Source: Lepidodermella squamata | Taxonomy: Eukaryota; Animalia; Gastrotricha | Assembly (NCBI GenBank): GCA_047495785.1 | Contig: JBLDXI010000021.1 | Coordinates: forward strand, 186,001-250,000 | Direction: 5' to 3' | Length of the DNA stretch: 64,000 bases | Part shown: one piece after another, positions 1 to 11,509 of the stretch | How positions within the stretch are numbered: position 1 is the stretch's first letter | Layout: each line of letters begins with the position of its first letter | The notes under the pieces: model-generated | Databases searched by the model: none | Told to the model about the DNA's origin: nothing | What the model saw: the letters and a program-made list of their open reading frames with translations, nothing else | Program-made: the position numbers and the translations under genes

Positions 1-1102
1 GCAAAATCTTTGCGTCAAATTAATTTTTATAAATTAAAAAATATTTGAAAGCAATTATTACTAATGATTTTGAATTTAAAAAAATAATTAATGTCGAAAA
101 CAAAAACCAGCTAAAAAGGTCCATTTTTTAAATGTCGCATTTTTTACAACAGCCTCGTCCGGTAAACTCGCGACTCGCGACTCAGCTTCGGTGACGTAAT
201 ACTCAGTACTCAGTGTTGGCTCTCCTGCTGCCAGGAAGACCCTTGACAGAGCCCAAGACAACGCCATCCGATGGCGGCGCCCCACCTGGCGAAGAATCTT
301 GCCCTCTAAACAAATTGGCCAGTGAACCCGATTTAAGACATTTCCAGACATTACATATTTGAATACTTCTGTTGTTAACGCGTCGATTTACTTATGTAAA
401 AATTACGGAGGAACTCGTGTCCGCTGTGTCCCTAAATCCGCCCAATGTGCCGTCACTAGGGGGTTTTACCTGATTTTTGGCATAGTATGACGTTTTCCAG
501 GTGACGTTTCATGTGCCCAAGTGCTTCATGTCCCATCGGCGATTTTAGATTTAGACAGGCCATATTTCAAGCCTCAAACTAGTGTCGGTTTCATCTAATT
601 TAAAATTTGAGCAGTTTTTACCCCTTACCGGCCCTACTCCTTCTTGTTCTTACATAACACATGGAAACAATTAGCATGTGGAATAAAGAAGGCGCGAATG
701 ATATAGACATTTAACATAACTTATAATTTTAGAATCAAACTCATATGCAAGTTAGTCTTCTCAATGCCCCTGCTTGACTTGGTATTGCTCATGCAGTTTT
801 CTGGGTGCAACCAAATAGCAGTAGAGATTTTTAGAAAGATTCCTTTAGTCTTGATAGCTGTACGCGTGGTATGATACATTAGCACCGTATAAGCGCCTTC
901 TGTAAAGGTGTATGTGGGCTCGTAGGTTTATACTTTAGGTGCCGATAGGACAATGTTAAAACATTGAAGCGTCGTTACTTTTCATGATCATGATGAAGTA
1001 AGCAGTAGGCAATGATCTGTAGTGAGTTTATCTGACACCTCATATCGCCCTCTCTGATGTATCATTTTTATATGTGTTGTTTAGTCTTATTTTTATTCTG
1101 GT

Positions 1103-1736
1103 ATGGCTGGGTTGAAACCGCTAGCCTCTATGCCGCACGAAGATGTTTATTTACTCGACACAAATTTGGTTATCGGCTACTTGAATAATGACATTGCCGG
1201 ATGGAAGGAATGGGCTGATGAGCATATCAGTCAAGGTAAGCATAATTCAGTCTTAATGATTACAACGATTACACGCAGTTCTTACAAACAACTTAGGGAA
1301 GAAGTTCTATTTACTACAACAGAGTGTTCAAGAAGTTGCAGTAAAACATCCACAATTGCCAGATGGATTCGAGCCTTTGAAACTAGAGGATGATGGCTAT
1401 GGCATCCCGCAACTAAAACTTGATAGTGTCTACCAACAAATCGCTGATGAATTCAACATAAATGTGAACGAGAGAGTGAAGCTCAAGAAAGACATCGAAT
1501 TAATTTCGGAAGCTGGCTATTATGCTGGATTTGCCGACATCTCACAAATATCAGACGAAGATATTTTCGCCGGTCGAGTTGTTTTTGCATCCAACAACTA
1601 TGCGATCATCGAGCGTTTGCTGTCTACCAAAGAAAAGACCGACAAGCTTGAGAAGATATTGGACGACAACGGCTTTGAACATCTCATTACAGTTCGTTTT
1701 GTGTCGAATGCGCAAGCTTGGACTGATTTCTTCTAA
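1103..1736 (+). CDS. Stand-alone PIN-domain (VapC-like) ribonuclease-fold protein, ~190 aa, 2 exons (1103-1235, 1297-1736)
   Basis: A 61-nt GT-AG intron (1236 gtaagc...ttag 1296) joins ORFs 1103-1393 and 1356-1736 in frame (..HISQG/KKFYLLQQSVQEV..). Motif spacing YLLDTN ... SVQE ... KDIELI ... VFASNN matches the PIN acidic-residue pattern, although the last Asp appears to be Asn. Confidence 0.7.
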
Positions 1737-1792
1737 TGAGCAAAACAAAACAATTGATGTGGTAGATAAAATATCAACTGATAAAACCAACA

Positions 1793-1910
1793 TTTAAAAA
1801 AAAGCCCTTAATTCAAGCTGGAGAAAACGGCCATCTTGACTGTGTAAGGCTGCTAATCGAAGCCGGTGCTGATCTGAGCGCGAGAGTTGAGGATGCTAGG
1901 AGGTCGTCGA
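1793..1910 (+). pseudogene. Ankyrin-repeat gene fragment
   Basis: Translates FKKKPLIQAGENGHLDCVRLLIEAGADLSARVEDARRSS, clearly homologous to FKTPLIQACEHGKFDCVKILVEAGANLKARVADDRKST at ~38237-38350. No start codon or upstream exon; the similarity ends abruptly. Confidence 0.8.
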
Positions 1911-2504
1911 TAGCAGCTAGCAACTGCAGGGTTCGTTGTGCATTTGAAGCGAGCAGTTGAAGAAGCTGGAAAAATTTAATTTACTCGAGAGCCATTCAAA
2001 AGAGTCAACTAGACTTGATCCGTGCGTTGATCAGAACATTCTCGGATCTGCTGTCTGCAAACGAGTTATTAATGTCATAACCGTTCGAATTTTTCAATAA
2101 AAACTGGTCTAGAAATATTCCGCTTTTTTTATTGACGCAAACATTTCGGCTGTGTTTATCACGGTGATGAGGTGAAGCCTAGGGCATTCACGCTATTTTT
2201 GAAGCGTTCGATGTCAACACGTTGCGGGAGGAAGTTTTCGCAGATTGATATCTTCCTATCGCTATCTTCCCATATTGCGAAATTGTGAGCGAACAATGTC
2301 ACTGTGAATCATGCTTATAGGTGTAAGTTGAAATAATTGCAGAGCGCTCCTTCGGGCCTTTTCTTTCATTTGACCCACCCTGCCCGCGCTAGCTCTCCGC
2401 AAACATTTTTTATTAGGTGTGCCTAAATTTTGGGTTCCAAGTCTCAATTTGAAGCTCCGCTAAAATGAAGAATTCACCAGGTTCATAATTCCAGGTCGAA
2501 AATA

Positions 2505-4134
2505 CCGTAATCCAGTACAACTTTGAACAGGTACAAGTTTGAACTTTTCATGCAAATCAGCTTTTCTCTGAAACTATAGGGATCTACTACTTGGGAATTT
2601 TACTAAATACAGGTATCGTTCTGATCTAACATTTTGCCAAGTTTCATCAACGCAGCCCCTACGGTCTCTCCCTTGAAAATTTTCGAAAATGAAGTGTTGC
2701 CCTGTGATAACCGTAGCAGACATCCGCGCGGTCCAACTTGGCGAACTCAAGCTTATACTTCAAGGCACGCCCATCTATAGAGTGGTTTTCGCGGGGCATG
2801 CGCTCAAAGGGTAGCAAAGGGTTGCAAGGGTAGCCGGTACAACTTGGAACATCAGTACAACTTTGAACACGATAAATATGCATTATTTTTACTTTACGAT
2901 TGATGGAATTGAGCGCTATAGGCCTATAGGTATAGTTTCATACGTTTCGGTTATTTTCGGGTATAAATAAACTTATAGCGCTCAATTTCATCAATCATTT
3001 TTACTTTAAGGGGAACTTTTTGCAGACTTCGTTCGCATCTAGGATCGAACGTGCGTCACCGTGAAATATGATCATGATATCTCTAAAGCTTATCGTTTAT
3101 TTTTATTTAGTAAATTTATTTCCAGCTTTTGAATGGCGGGTGGCCTATAAACAAGGGTGTTTGCATTTTACCCAAAGTTTACTTAAAGTTCAACCGCTTA
3201 ACAAAAATTTAAAGTGGCTAGTGGCTATATTTACAATTATTACCATCGATGCGCACATCACCCGACTAGCAATCGAGATGCCTGTTGTTGCGATCAAGAC
3301 GGCATTTGCTGAAATCCAGCCAATGGGAGAGTTAAACTGCCGTTTTTCTCAAGTTTTCTGCGCGTTAACAAACGCTAGTAGAAAAGCGTCACATCAGCGT
3401 CACTTAGCTTCAAAAATCCCGCAGAAAATCCGGTACTGGTGATCGTTTTCCAGCCAAATCACCATCGAAAATTACAGTTTATAGTCACCAGTCACCAGTC
3501 ACCAAATCCTTAATCTGAGCTTTTGTTTCGATCCGAGTCCGTAGCCCGAGTGCGAAGCCAATTTCATCCAAGCTTTTGATGTTCGTGAGATCACAACATC
3601 GAAGCTTATCGGGGTAATTTCACTTTTGGAAGGTTCTGCTGAGGAACAAGCTTAGGAGGCTAATTCAATCTGCCTTGATCTCGCTATACGGGAGATGGTA
3701 AATAGCCTTGGTTTCGAAATTCGCTAACTTAATCCCTTCAGTCCAGATACGCCTCATCGGTGAAGACGTTTGTTCTTTCTACTTGACACCATCCAGTGAT
3801 GATTAAAATTTTAGACGCGGATTCGGCATTCAAGAAAACCAGTGAGATGTAAATCGCAAATTTCTATTAAATTAAATCACACAATTCTCTGCGCGCGCGC
3901 ATAAAGGTGGATTTTTAATTTAACGAAATCTTGGTGTTCAAAGTTGTACTTTGGGGTAGCCCCTGCCAAATCCTTACGCTTATGAATTTCGTAGAATAAA
4001 AAATATCAGGATGTTACGGAAGGCGGCCCCTATCGAACTGCGTTGAAAACCCGACCAAAATCGCATATGTTGAATTTAAACACCACAATGAAGTATGCGT
4101 GGACGTAAGTGTTCAAAGTTGTACCGGATTACGA
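2505..4134. mobile_element. Non-autonomous TIR DNA element (Tc1/mariner-pogo-like, CCGTA end)
   Basis: TA+CCGTAATCCAGTACAACTTTGAACA at the left end; its inverse TGTTCAAAGTTGTACCGGATTACG (1 mismatch in 24) at 4110-4133. Subterminal copies of GTACAACTTTGAACA at ~2531, 2836, 2855 and inverted at ~3934. No transposase seen. Confidence 0.7.
2897..2997. mobile_element. ~100-bp MITE nested in the larger TIR element
   Basis: 23-bp inverted repeat GATTGATGGAATTGAGCGCTATA / TATAGCGCTCAATTTCATCAATC (1 mismatch), flanked by the direct repeat TTTTTACTTTA (2886-2896, 2998-3008). Confidence 0.7.
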
Positions 4135-5337
4135 GAAAATAATCTGCCGAAATCGTTGATAATCGGGAAAAGGTAGCCTGGACGCTCAACCAAGCTGAGA
4201 CGCCGTAACCTCCACTACGCAATTTTTAGACCCATTCCATGTTCTGTTTGTCATTTAACATGATGTTGCTCGGCGAGAATTAAATTTTATTTTAATTAAT
4301 TTAAACATGATGTTAACGAATTTAGTTCAGCGTTGCTTAAACCTCATGATGAAACAATGGTCGGGAACTTCGCACGGTATATTAAATGAGTAGGTATATA
4401 GTGCACTATGTGCATAGCTTTCCTGTTGGGACCTGTTTTGGGTGGATTAACCTGAAATCAGCAAGAGACTTTTGTACTATGATATTTCAAGTAATTTAGC
4501 CTTCATTTTTTAACGATCGCAGGCATTTGCAGCTTTCCATAAATCAAGGCAAGATATACTAATGGAACGTGACCTTATTAGCTGAATATATTTTATTCAC
4601 ATATGGAAACGGTGTCTCACAGTTTCTCTGACCAATACAACTCTTCAAGCTAGCTTCTCAATGGATAACGCAGACGCGAAAAATCTGCACGTATATGTTG
4701 CCAGTAACGTAACAACAAAATCCTCAAAAGACACCCGCATAAATGCCTAATTACTAAGGGTGTGCATACCGCCATTTTTTATGGTTATTATATCGCGTCA
4801 ATAGTGCCGCGCCCTGGGACAACAATGCGGTGGCCTGACGCTGATGCAGCAATGTATGTAGTGAGGGAGGGGGCCGTTGTTATCTGCAACCTTGAAACTC
4901 GCCAAAACACAAAGGTACCTAATAAGCGATATGGTATTTACGACTTGTTGGTACCGAAACCAGTGCGAGGACGTAAGTTGCGCTAAGAAGACAGGCGGCA
5001 ACTTACAAAGAAATATACGAAATAACAGGCTTGTAAAACGAGTTTAATCTCAGGGGAAAAAACAAGTGTAATAAAGCGCTATCTGCAATAAAAAATGTAA
5101 AAAATTGATACAAAATCAAATTACTCGGATGTTACTGTAAATTTGATACAAAAATATTCCTTTCACGGAAATAAATCGATTATAAAATTATTGGCACACA
5201 TTTTTTGTGCAGTTTTTCGATACAGCGACTTGATTTCCGGCTGAAAATGGGCAAATCACTTCAAAATGCATGGCACCGTTTTTTTATTGACAATATCAAA
5301 GCACAATTTTAATTGAGCAAATTATAGAGTTTTTCAA

Positions 5338-6901
5338 TCACTCAGCGTAGACTAGCTTTGTCGGCTTCGGCTTCTGGTCCGGAGTCGGCGGTTTCACCAT
5401 GTAAACACTACGCCGCCGCCGTTCTTCCTCGGCGGCTTGCGCCAAATCATCACGTGACGGCACCTTAGGCGCGATTATTTGCCCGTCCGCCGCCGCCACG
5501 CCTCGCCCGTCCGGTAGCACCTGAAAATTGACCGGAGCCTGCGCACGCGCGGCCCGTTCTTTCAACTCGGCGGCAACACGCGCGAGTTCCGCCCGCTTTT
5601 TCGCCATTTCACCGCGTTCTCGCAACTCGGCGGCCTCTTTCGCGTCGTAATCAACACCCAACAACTCGTCCTCGATTTCGTGCGCCCGAGATGCCGGCTC
5701 CTCGAGGCTGATACCGTTTAGCGGGAACTCGCCGAGGAATGCCGTCAGGCGGCGCGACTCGGCCGGATCTTCGTACTCGTCCTTGTTGAAGTGCAGCGAG
5801 GTGATACCGGCAGCAGCGGCGCGCTCTGCCAGCACGGCGCCGACCAGGGACGCGGCCGCCACGTCCGTGCTTGATTCAAGGTGGCGCCTTATCGCTGGCT
5901 CGTTAGTCGACGCGCTCAGCACGACGGCGCCGCTGCAGTGGCTCACACTCGCCGAAGTGTTGCGATTAGTGCGGATAAAATTGAGCCTATATTTGCGAAA
6001 CACGGGACATTTGTGTAACCAGTTTTAATTAAGGCGGCCATTTCAAAGCGGAAATGGCTCGAGTGGACCATCACTTACTTGTGCCAATAATCCTTACGGG
6101 GATGATGCAACGGCCAGCCGAGCTGTTTTCGCGCCAAACCAAGCTGCTCCAAATTTCTAAAATGAAAAAAATTGTTAAAAACTCCGCCTTAATTTTTCCA
6201 AAAATGAAGAATAAAATAAAGTATTTTTCAAAAACTTTACAATTAAGCATTTACAGAAAATCACGCTAAATTTTATGGTGATTTTTGAATTTTTCGACTG
6301 TTGATCATAAAATCTCCGAAATTTTTTGAAATGCTGGTTTGAAAAAATTGATTATCCAAAATTTGGTTCCGCTTCTCGTCAAATTTAGGAACATTTTGTT
6401 CCATATTTTTGGAGGGAGAATTGTCCTCTTTCAGTTCAAATCTCAATCCGGATTCAATTATCACTCGTGTTTTCATAATTTTTTTCCTCTTATTTACAAA
6501 ACATTGCGATTATCGACTGTAAAGTGATGCTATTATTATCGTTGATTTCCGCGCTTTATCGTTCGAAATAGGGTGTGGAAATAAATCAAGCCCAGGCAGC
6601 GCTGAGAGATGGTACACATAGATAATTCTCGGTAATAAAAACTCGCCTGGGATTGCGATTTTCTATCACAGGTGCGCACGCCGCTTCCGCCGCTTTCAAC
6701 TGCTGCTCGCTCGTCGGCGGAGCTTGAGCCCGCCTCGCATATGATTCACTGACAACCCGACCTGAATAACAGTAATAGCGATCATCATCATCATTATTAA
6801 AGCACACATGTGATTCATAGAAAAAACACCACGCTATAATGCTTACTCAGCGCTGACTGCCTAGCCAATCCCCGGCTCAACGACCTCACCACTCGATTCA
6901 T
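5338..6901 (-). CDS. MRPL18: Mitochondrial ribosomal protein uL18m, 4 exons (6901-6847, 6761-6647, 6156-6079, 5986-5338)
   Basis: The spliced product has an Arg-rich targeting peptide MNRVVRSLSRGLARQ, then NRNPRNLEQLGLARKQLGW..DYWHKL, VVLSASTNEPAIRRHL..TDVAAASLVGAVLAERA..AGIT and GISLEEP, the typical MRPL18 pattern. Long C-terminal extension. Confidence 0.9.
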
Positions 6902-7699
6902 AATTATCAAGGCAGATCTTTCCGAAAACTCTATGAAGAAACAGAAATAATTTCAACAGGGCATCGAGATATTTTATTTGGTAATTATTAATCTTAATCT
7001 TATTCGCATCATCATCATCAGTTGCTTTCAGCAAAAAAAAACAAGGAATATAAAAAGCCACGTAATTATCAATTTGAGCGACGTTATTTCTTGGAGATTT
7101 GAAACCGATGTTGGACTGGTAAAAATTAATATATATATGTAGCAGCCGAAAAACACAACTCAACAAGATTTGTATAATTGTCAAGCGAGCCCCGCCGATC
7201 AAGTCATGGAAAATTGGCTCACTTCGCAAGGAAGAAGAATTTCACAAAGAAGAGAAGCAAAAACAAGACAAAAATTGAGCCCGAAAAACTGCGATTAGAA
7301 CCGGTCGTTCATGACGAAAGAATCGTGTAATCACATCATCGCAACACGTCAAAAAAATCAGTCGAAAAACACATGCAGTGAAAGTACCGGTTACGTGCTA
7401 AATTGAAGCTAATTCGCCTAGACATGCGGCGCCATAATAGAAATTTTGTTCATGCAGTAGAATATTGCAATGATAATAATCATTAATAATCATAATATAA
7501 ATTCAAATATATATATAGCAAGTCAAAACTGTGTAACGCTGATATAATATAAATGCATTTATAAGGCCGCAGCGAAAACTGACAGATATAGGCGAAAAAT
7601 TAACTTGACGAGGAAAATCAACAAGCGAACGAACTTCGCTTACTAGTTTAAACAGTAATAATATATATGCAGCTGCAAAATATTTCGTGTATCAAACTA

Positions 7700-9274
7700 C
7701 TACTGGTTGTTGCTGCTCGTGTAAACGGCTGAGGCGTTGAAAACATCGCCGCCCGTTCGCGTGTCATCCAAATCTTCCGCCATGTAACTATCATCGACGC
7801 CGCCCGCTGCAACGATCGGATCGTCCGCATAGCTGATACTGAGTCGTGATCGAGATGAGCGTCTAAAAATTACAAGAATTAAAAGATCAGTATAAAGAAA
7901 ACGAATCGATTTCCAGTCATAATCCTTGCAAGAGCTTAATGGCCATGACTCATGCCTATCGATTTTTCTTGCTTCTATAATAACCTTCCAGCGATAACAA
8001 AAAGCAAATATTTGGCCAACACCCAAAAAAATCAATTCCCGTCAAATTTGAACAATAGGCATCGAGAAATTAACAAAAATGCCATAAAAATCAATTTGTG
8101 AGGGAGGGAGAAGATGAAAAAAGAATCAACTTACAAATTGTAGCGACTCAACCACCCAGCTTTCCAGAGAAATCCGCCGCCTTCAGGCTGGCCGTTTTCG
8201 GTGCCGTGCCCCGAATCATGATGTTGCTGCTGCTCTTCAGCCACGGGTAACATTGCGTTGAAAGACTGGTCCAGCCTGGATGGGCGCCCGCCAGGCGCCG
8301 ACCCGGTTGCATCCCGCGAGTACCTCAACGCCGACGTGCCCATTCTAGGCGCCCTGGCAATGTAGGGTGACGCGGCCGGAGCGCCCAAAACGCCGCCATT
8401 CGCCGACGACTGTTGCTGCAACTGACTTCGAACGGCGTTAGATCGCTGAGCGTCAGACTGGTAACCGCTACCACCGCCCTCGAAATAACGCCCCGAACTG
8501 CCCAGGGTGTTCAACTGGTCCAAACTGGCGCCGATTCCGTTTCTGTACATTGGCAAGCTGGTTTCGTAATTCGACGACGACGTTGAGCCTTTGCTGCGAC
8601 CGGTTGGCATCGAACTGACAGATGTAGCCGTGGGCGAGGGCGCCTCACTTTCAGGATAATCAACAACAGGTAAATAGCTTGATTTGTTCGACTTGGAGTT
8701 CTGAGAGTAAAAAAGCACAAATTAATCGTAAATTCTTATGCCGAGCCCAGGGCTATGAATTGAGGTTAAAAGGAAACGTCGATAATATTGACCGCGAGCG
8801 TTTTCAAAACAACGCAGACGGATTAATACCTTCCGTCACGAAATTATTATTCATGAGACAAATACAGTATAAATGGCAATCGCTCGTATAAAAACAAAGG
8901 CGAACCAATTTTAGCTTTGAAATAGTCCGTTTGATGCCGACGGAAAGTCTCCGGTCCCAGCTAGCGTTGACTTTTTTCGAACCAGCGGCTTTATCAACCG
9001 CAACACTGGCACTCGTAGGGTTAGAAAGCATGGCACGTTTCGAACTGCTTGGATCACAGTCGCTGCTGATGGGTAGGTGGTGAGACTTGCCCCCAGTTGG
9101 GGCCAAGGGCGGTCCCATACTTTGCCGGCACATGTTCTCTTTATTGACGCGATGATTAGATGAAGACGATTGCGTAGGCGGTTGTTGCGACGGCTGGGGG
9201 CTGGGATTCGACGACAACTTGGCAAACGAACGCGTACTCCGTCGAAGGCCGAAGCTGTGAGCTAGCTTCTCCAT
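7700..9274 (-). CDS. Uncharacterised Ser/Gly/Gln-rich disordered protein, ~365 aa, 3 exons (9274-8906, 8700-8135, 7862-7700)
   Basis: Three same-strand ORFs joined by phase-compatible GT-AG introns (8905-8701, 8134-7863). No domain recognised. Confidence 0.65.
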
Positions 9275-10590
9275 TCGACGCTAGCACGTGTTGGTTTTCG
9301 AGAAAAAACTCAATATAGAAAAGCCACCCTAAAAAATGATAAAACGCAATTATTTCTCAAAATTTTTTAAAAATAATTATTTCCGCATCATCTTCATCCA
9401 TCATTCAAGAAAATTTTCATCAACGTATTTGATACACGATTATTCACTCTGCCATCAATGAAGTAACAGGTTATAGACATCCAATAAACACTGTTGTGTG
9501 ATAAACAAACTGCGTCACGCTTGGTTCAACAAATATGCAACTGTAATAGAAGGTCCATCAAGTACAAAACTCGTCCGACACGATTGAACGGGAATGAATT
9601 AACGAATAGAATTGTAGATTTAGCTAGGAAGCTGTTGTGTTCGTACGCTTTCGGCTCCGAGTGTGCAGAAAAAAATAAACGCAAAATACACTCGCTGCTC
9701 TCGTGAATAAAATAACGGGTGATTTTTTAATCAGGCGATTATGATAAGCACATGTCATTGTCACCATGAATCGGCAACTACGGAGAGCAGAATTTCGTAA
9801 ATTCCTCCCTCGATCATCAAACGAAACAACGAATTCGCTGCGAGATTTGTTGCAAGTATATTGGAAGACACGGGCGTCAAAAATCGCTTGAAAATACAAT
9901 TTCATATAAATATATGCGTGAGACTAGCAATTTGTTCAGCCCGCATATTAAGAAGTAGACGAAACGTGGGTCAACAAGTGAGACTGAAAAGGGCTATGAT
10001 TACGATAATCCGCTAGGAAACAACTGGACATCACCTCAAGTTATTTGATTACAATCAGCAGATGAAGAAAGTAGTTTATCATTCACTTATTATTATAGTA
10101 ACACAACTGTTGCGGCTGTTCATTGATAGCTACATAGAGTGAATATGAGCAAGTGCCAACGTATCAATGTGCAGAAAAGCAGGGTGAAATCAAGCCACGC
10201 GCGAAGAAACAAAAGTTGAAGGAGAATGAATCTAATTAAAAAACGTCACGGTAGTATCGCTGGCCACCGGATAGCTTTCAATACAGAATTTGTCGCTATT
10301 CAATATATTGAGGCTGATTCTGCGTTGCCCATGCTAAGCCAGATACCTTAAGCAATTATGTATAGGACATTCCTAATGTATAGCCCATGTATAGAAGGTT
10401 AAGTCAAGGCGTACAAAAGCGTGGCAAGATCAGCCTTTCCCTCAAGTCAAAAAAGGCTAGAGCGCTTTCTCTCTTTCAACAAAGAATACGTGATGAGACA
10501 CAATGCATCATCAATTGAATTTAATAATGGCACAGCTTGATAGTTTAAAATAAGCTCTCAGATTATCAATTAAAACGAATTTGGACAAAA

Positions 10591-11509
10591 TCAGTCATTA
10601 ACCGGACTGGAATCTTCTTCTTTAGATTTGCTGTTCTCCGAAGGCCAAAAAATATCGTGGCTGTCAGCGTCTTTCCCAGACTTCTCCAGCTGCTCTTTTC
10701 TCTTGAACAAAAATTTACCATCGCTAGCAACTAACCGCCTTAACAATCCAATATTCAACAAATTCAGCAATATCAGGCCGACGTAGCCAGTGTAAGCGAG
10801 AACTTGAGGAACTTCGTTTTGATGCTGATAAATCCAGTACGCGAGCCAAAACAAGGTTGAAAATCGGAATAGCATAAATGTCAGAAAGTTTAAGGCAGCT
10901 GTAATCATGAAGACACGTGACAATTTAGACACGCCCGAAAATAATAGCAACTGTCGAGTATGAAGGAAAACGCTATTGATTTCAAGCAATAGCCCGTAAG
11001 CACAAAATGAAATGTATTCGCCGGTTGTCAGTGAAATGAAGAAACATAACATTATCTGAAATCGAAAAAATAAATGCAAGAGCAGCATATCGTCAAGGCT
11101 AACATACCACGAAATGATGAATCAAGAGATATATCCTCTGCATATCCTTGTTAACGCAAATGTCGAGCGTGTCGTAAACAAAATAGCCCGTTGAAAGAGT
11201 GACCACAACTAGAGTGATTGGAGAGTACTGAAGACGCAAATCTGATGCCAAAATTGAGCTTTCGGTAAACAAGCTGAAATAAATAAAGGATTGCATTGCA
11301 TATATGTAACACAATGTAGCAAAGACAGCAGACCTGATAAACAGCAGTGCAGTGACCAGGGAGGCATGAACAAGTGATGTCGCGATATTTGCCCATTTGC
11401 TTTTCACAGTCGATACTGCTGGGACAGGATACGAGATAAGGGCCTTGTTCACTTGATGGAATCCCCAGGTAAAAAACCCGACAGCCCCGAAAAAGACTAT
11501 ATTGGACAT
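10591..11509 (-). CDS. TLC (TRAM/LAG1/CLN8) domain membrane protein, TLCD1/2-like, 3 exons
   Basis: KWANIATSLVHA, STGYFVYDTLD, LLIHH, LLLEINSVFLHTRQLL and TFMLFRF motifs; short GT-AG introns near 11333-11275 and 11106-11057. Confidence 0.85.

Noticed and set aside
1-2150. Weak inverted similarity between 1-18 (GCAAAATCTTTGCGTCAA) and ~2132-2150, possibly TIRs around the PIN gene
   Set aside because: Only a ~10-bp exact core and the left side is cut by the window edge; not supportable.
2505-2870. Spaced GTACAACTTTGAACA repeats as a CRISPR-like array
   Set aside because: Irregular spacing, inverted copies at the other end and eukaryotic context indicate subterminal transposon repeats.
3068-3442. 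124-aa ORF inside the TIR element as a transposase
   Set aside because: No HTH or DDE/D motifs; the N-terminal half is AT-rich, intron-like sequence.
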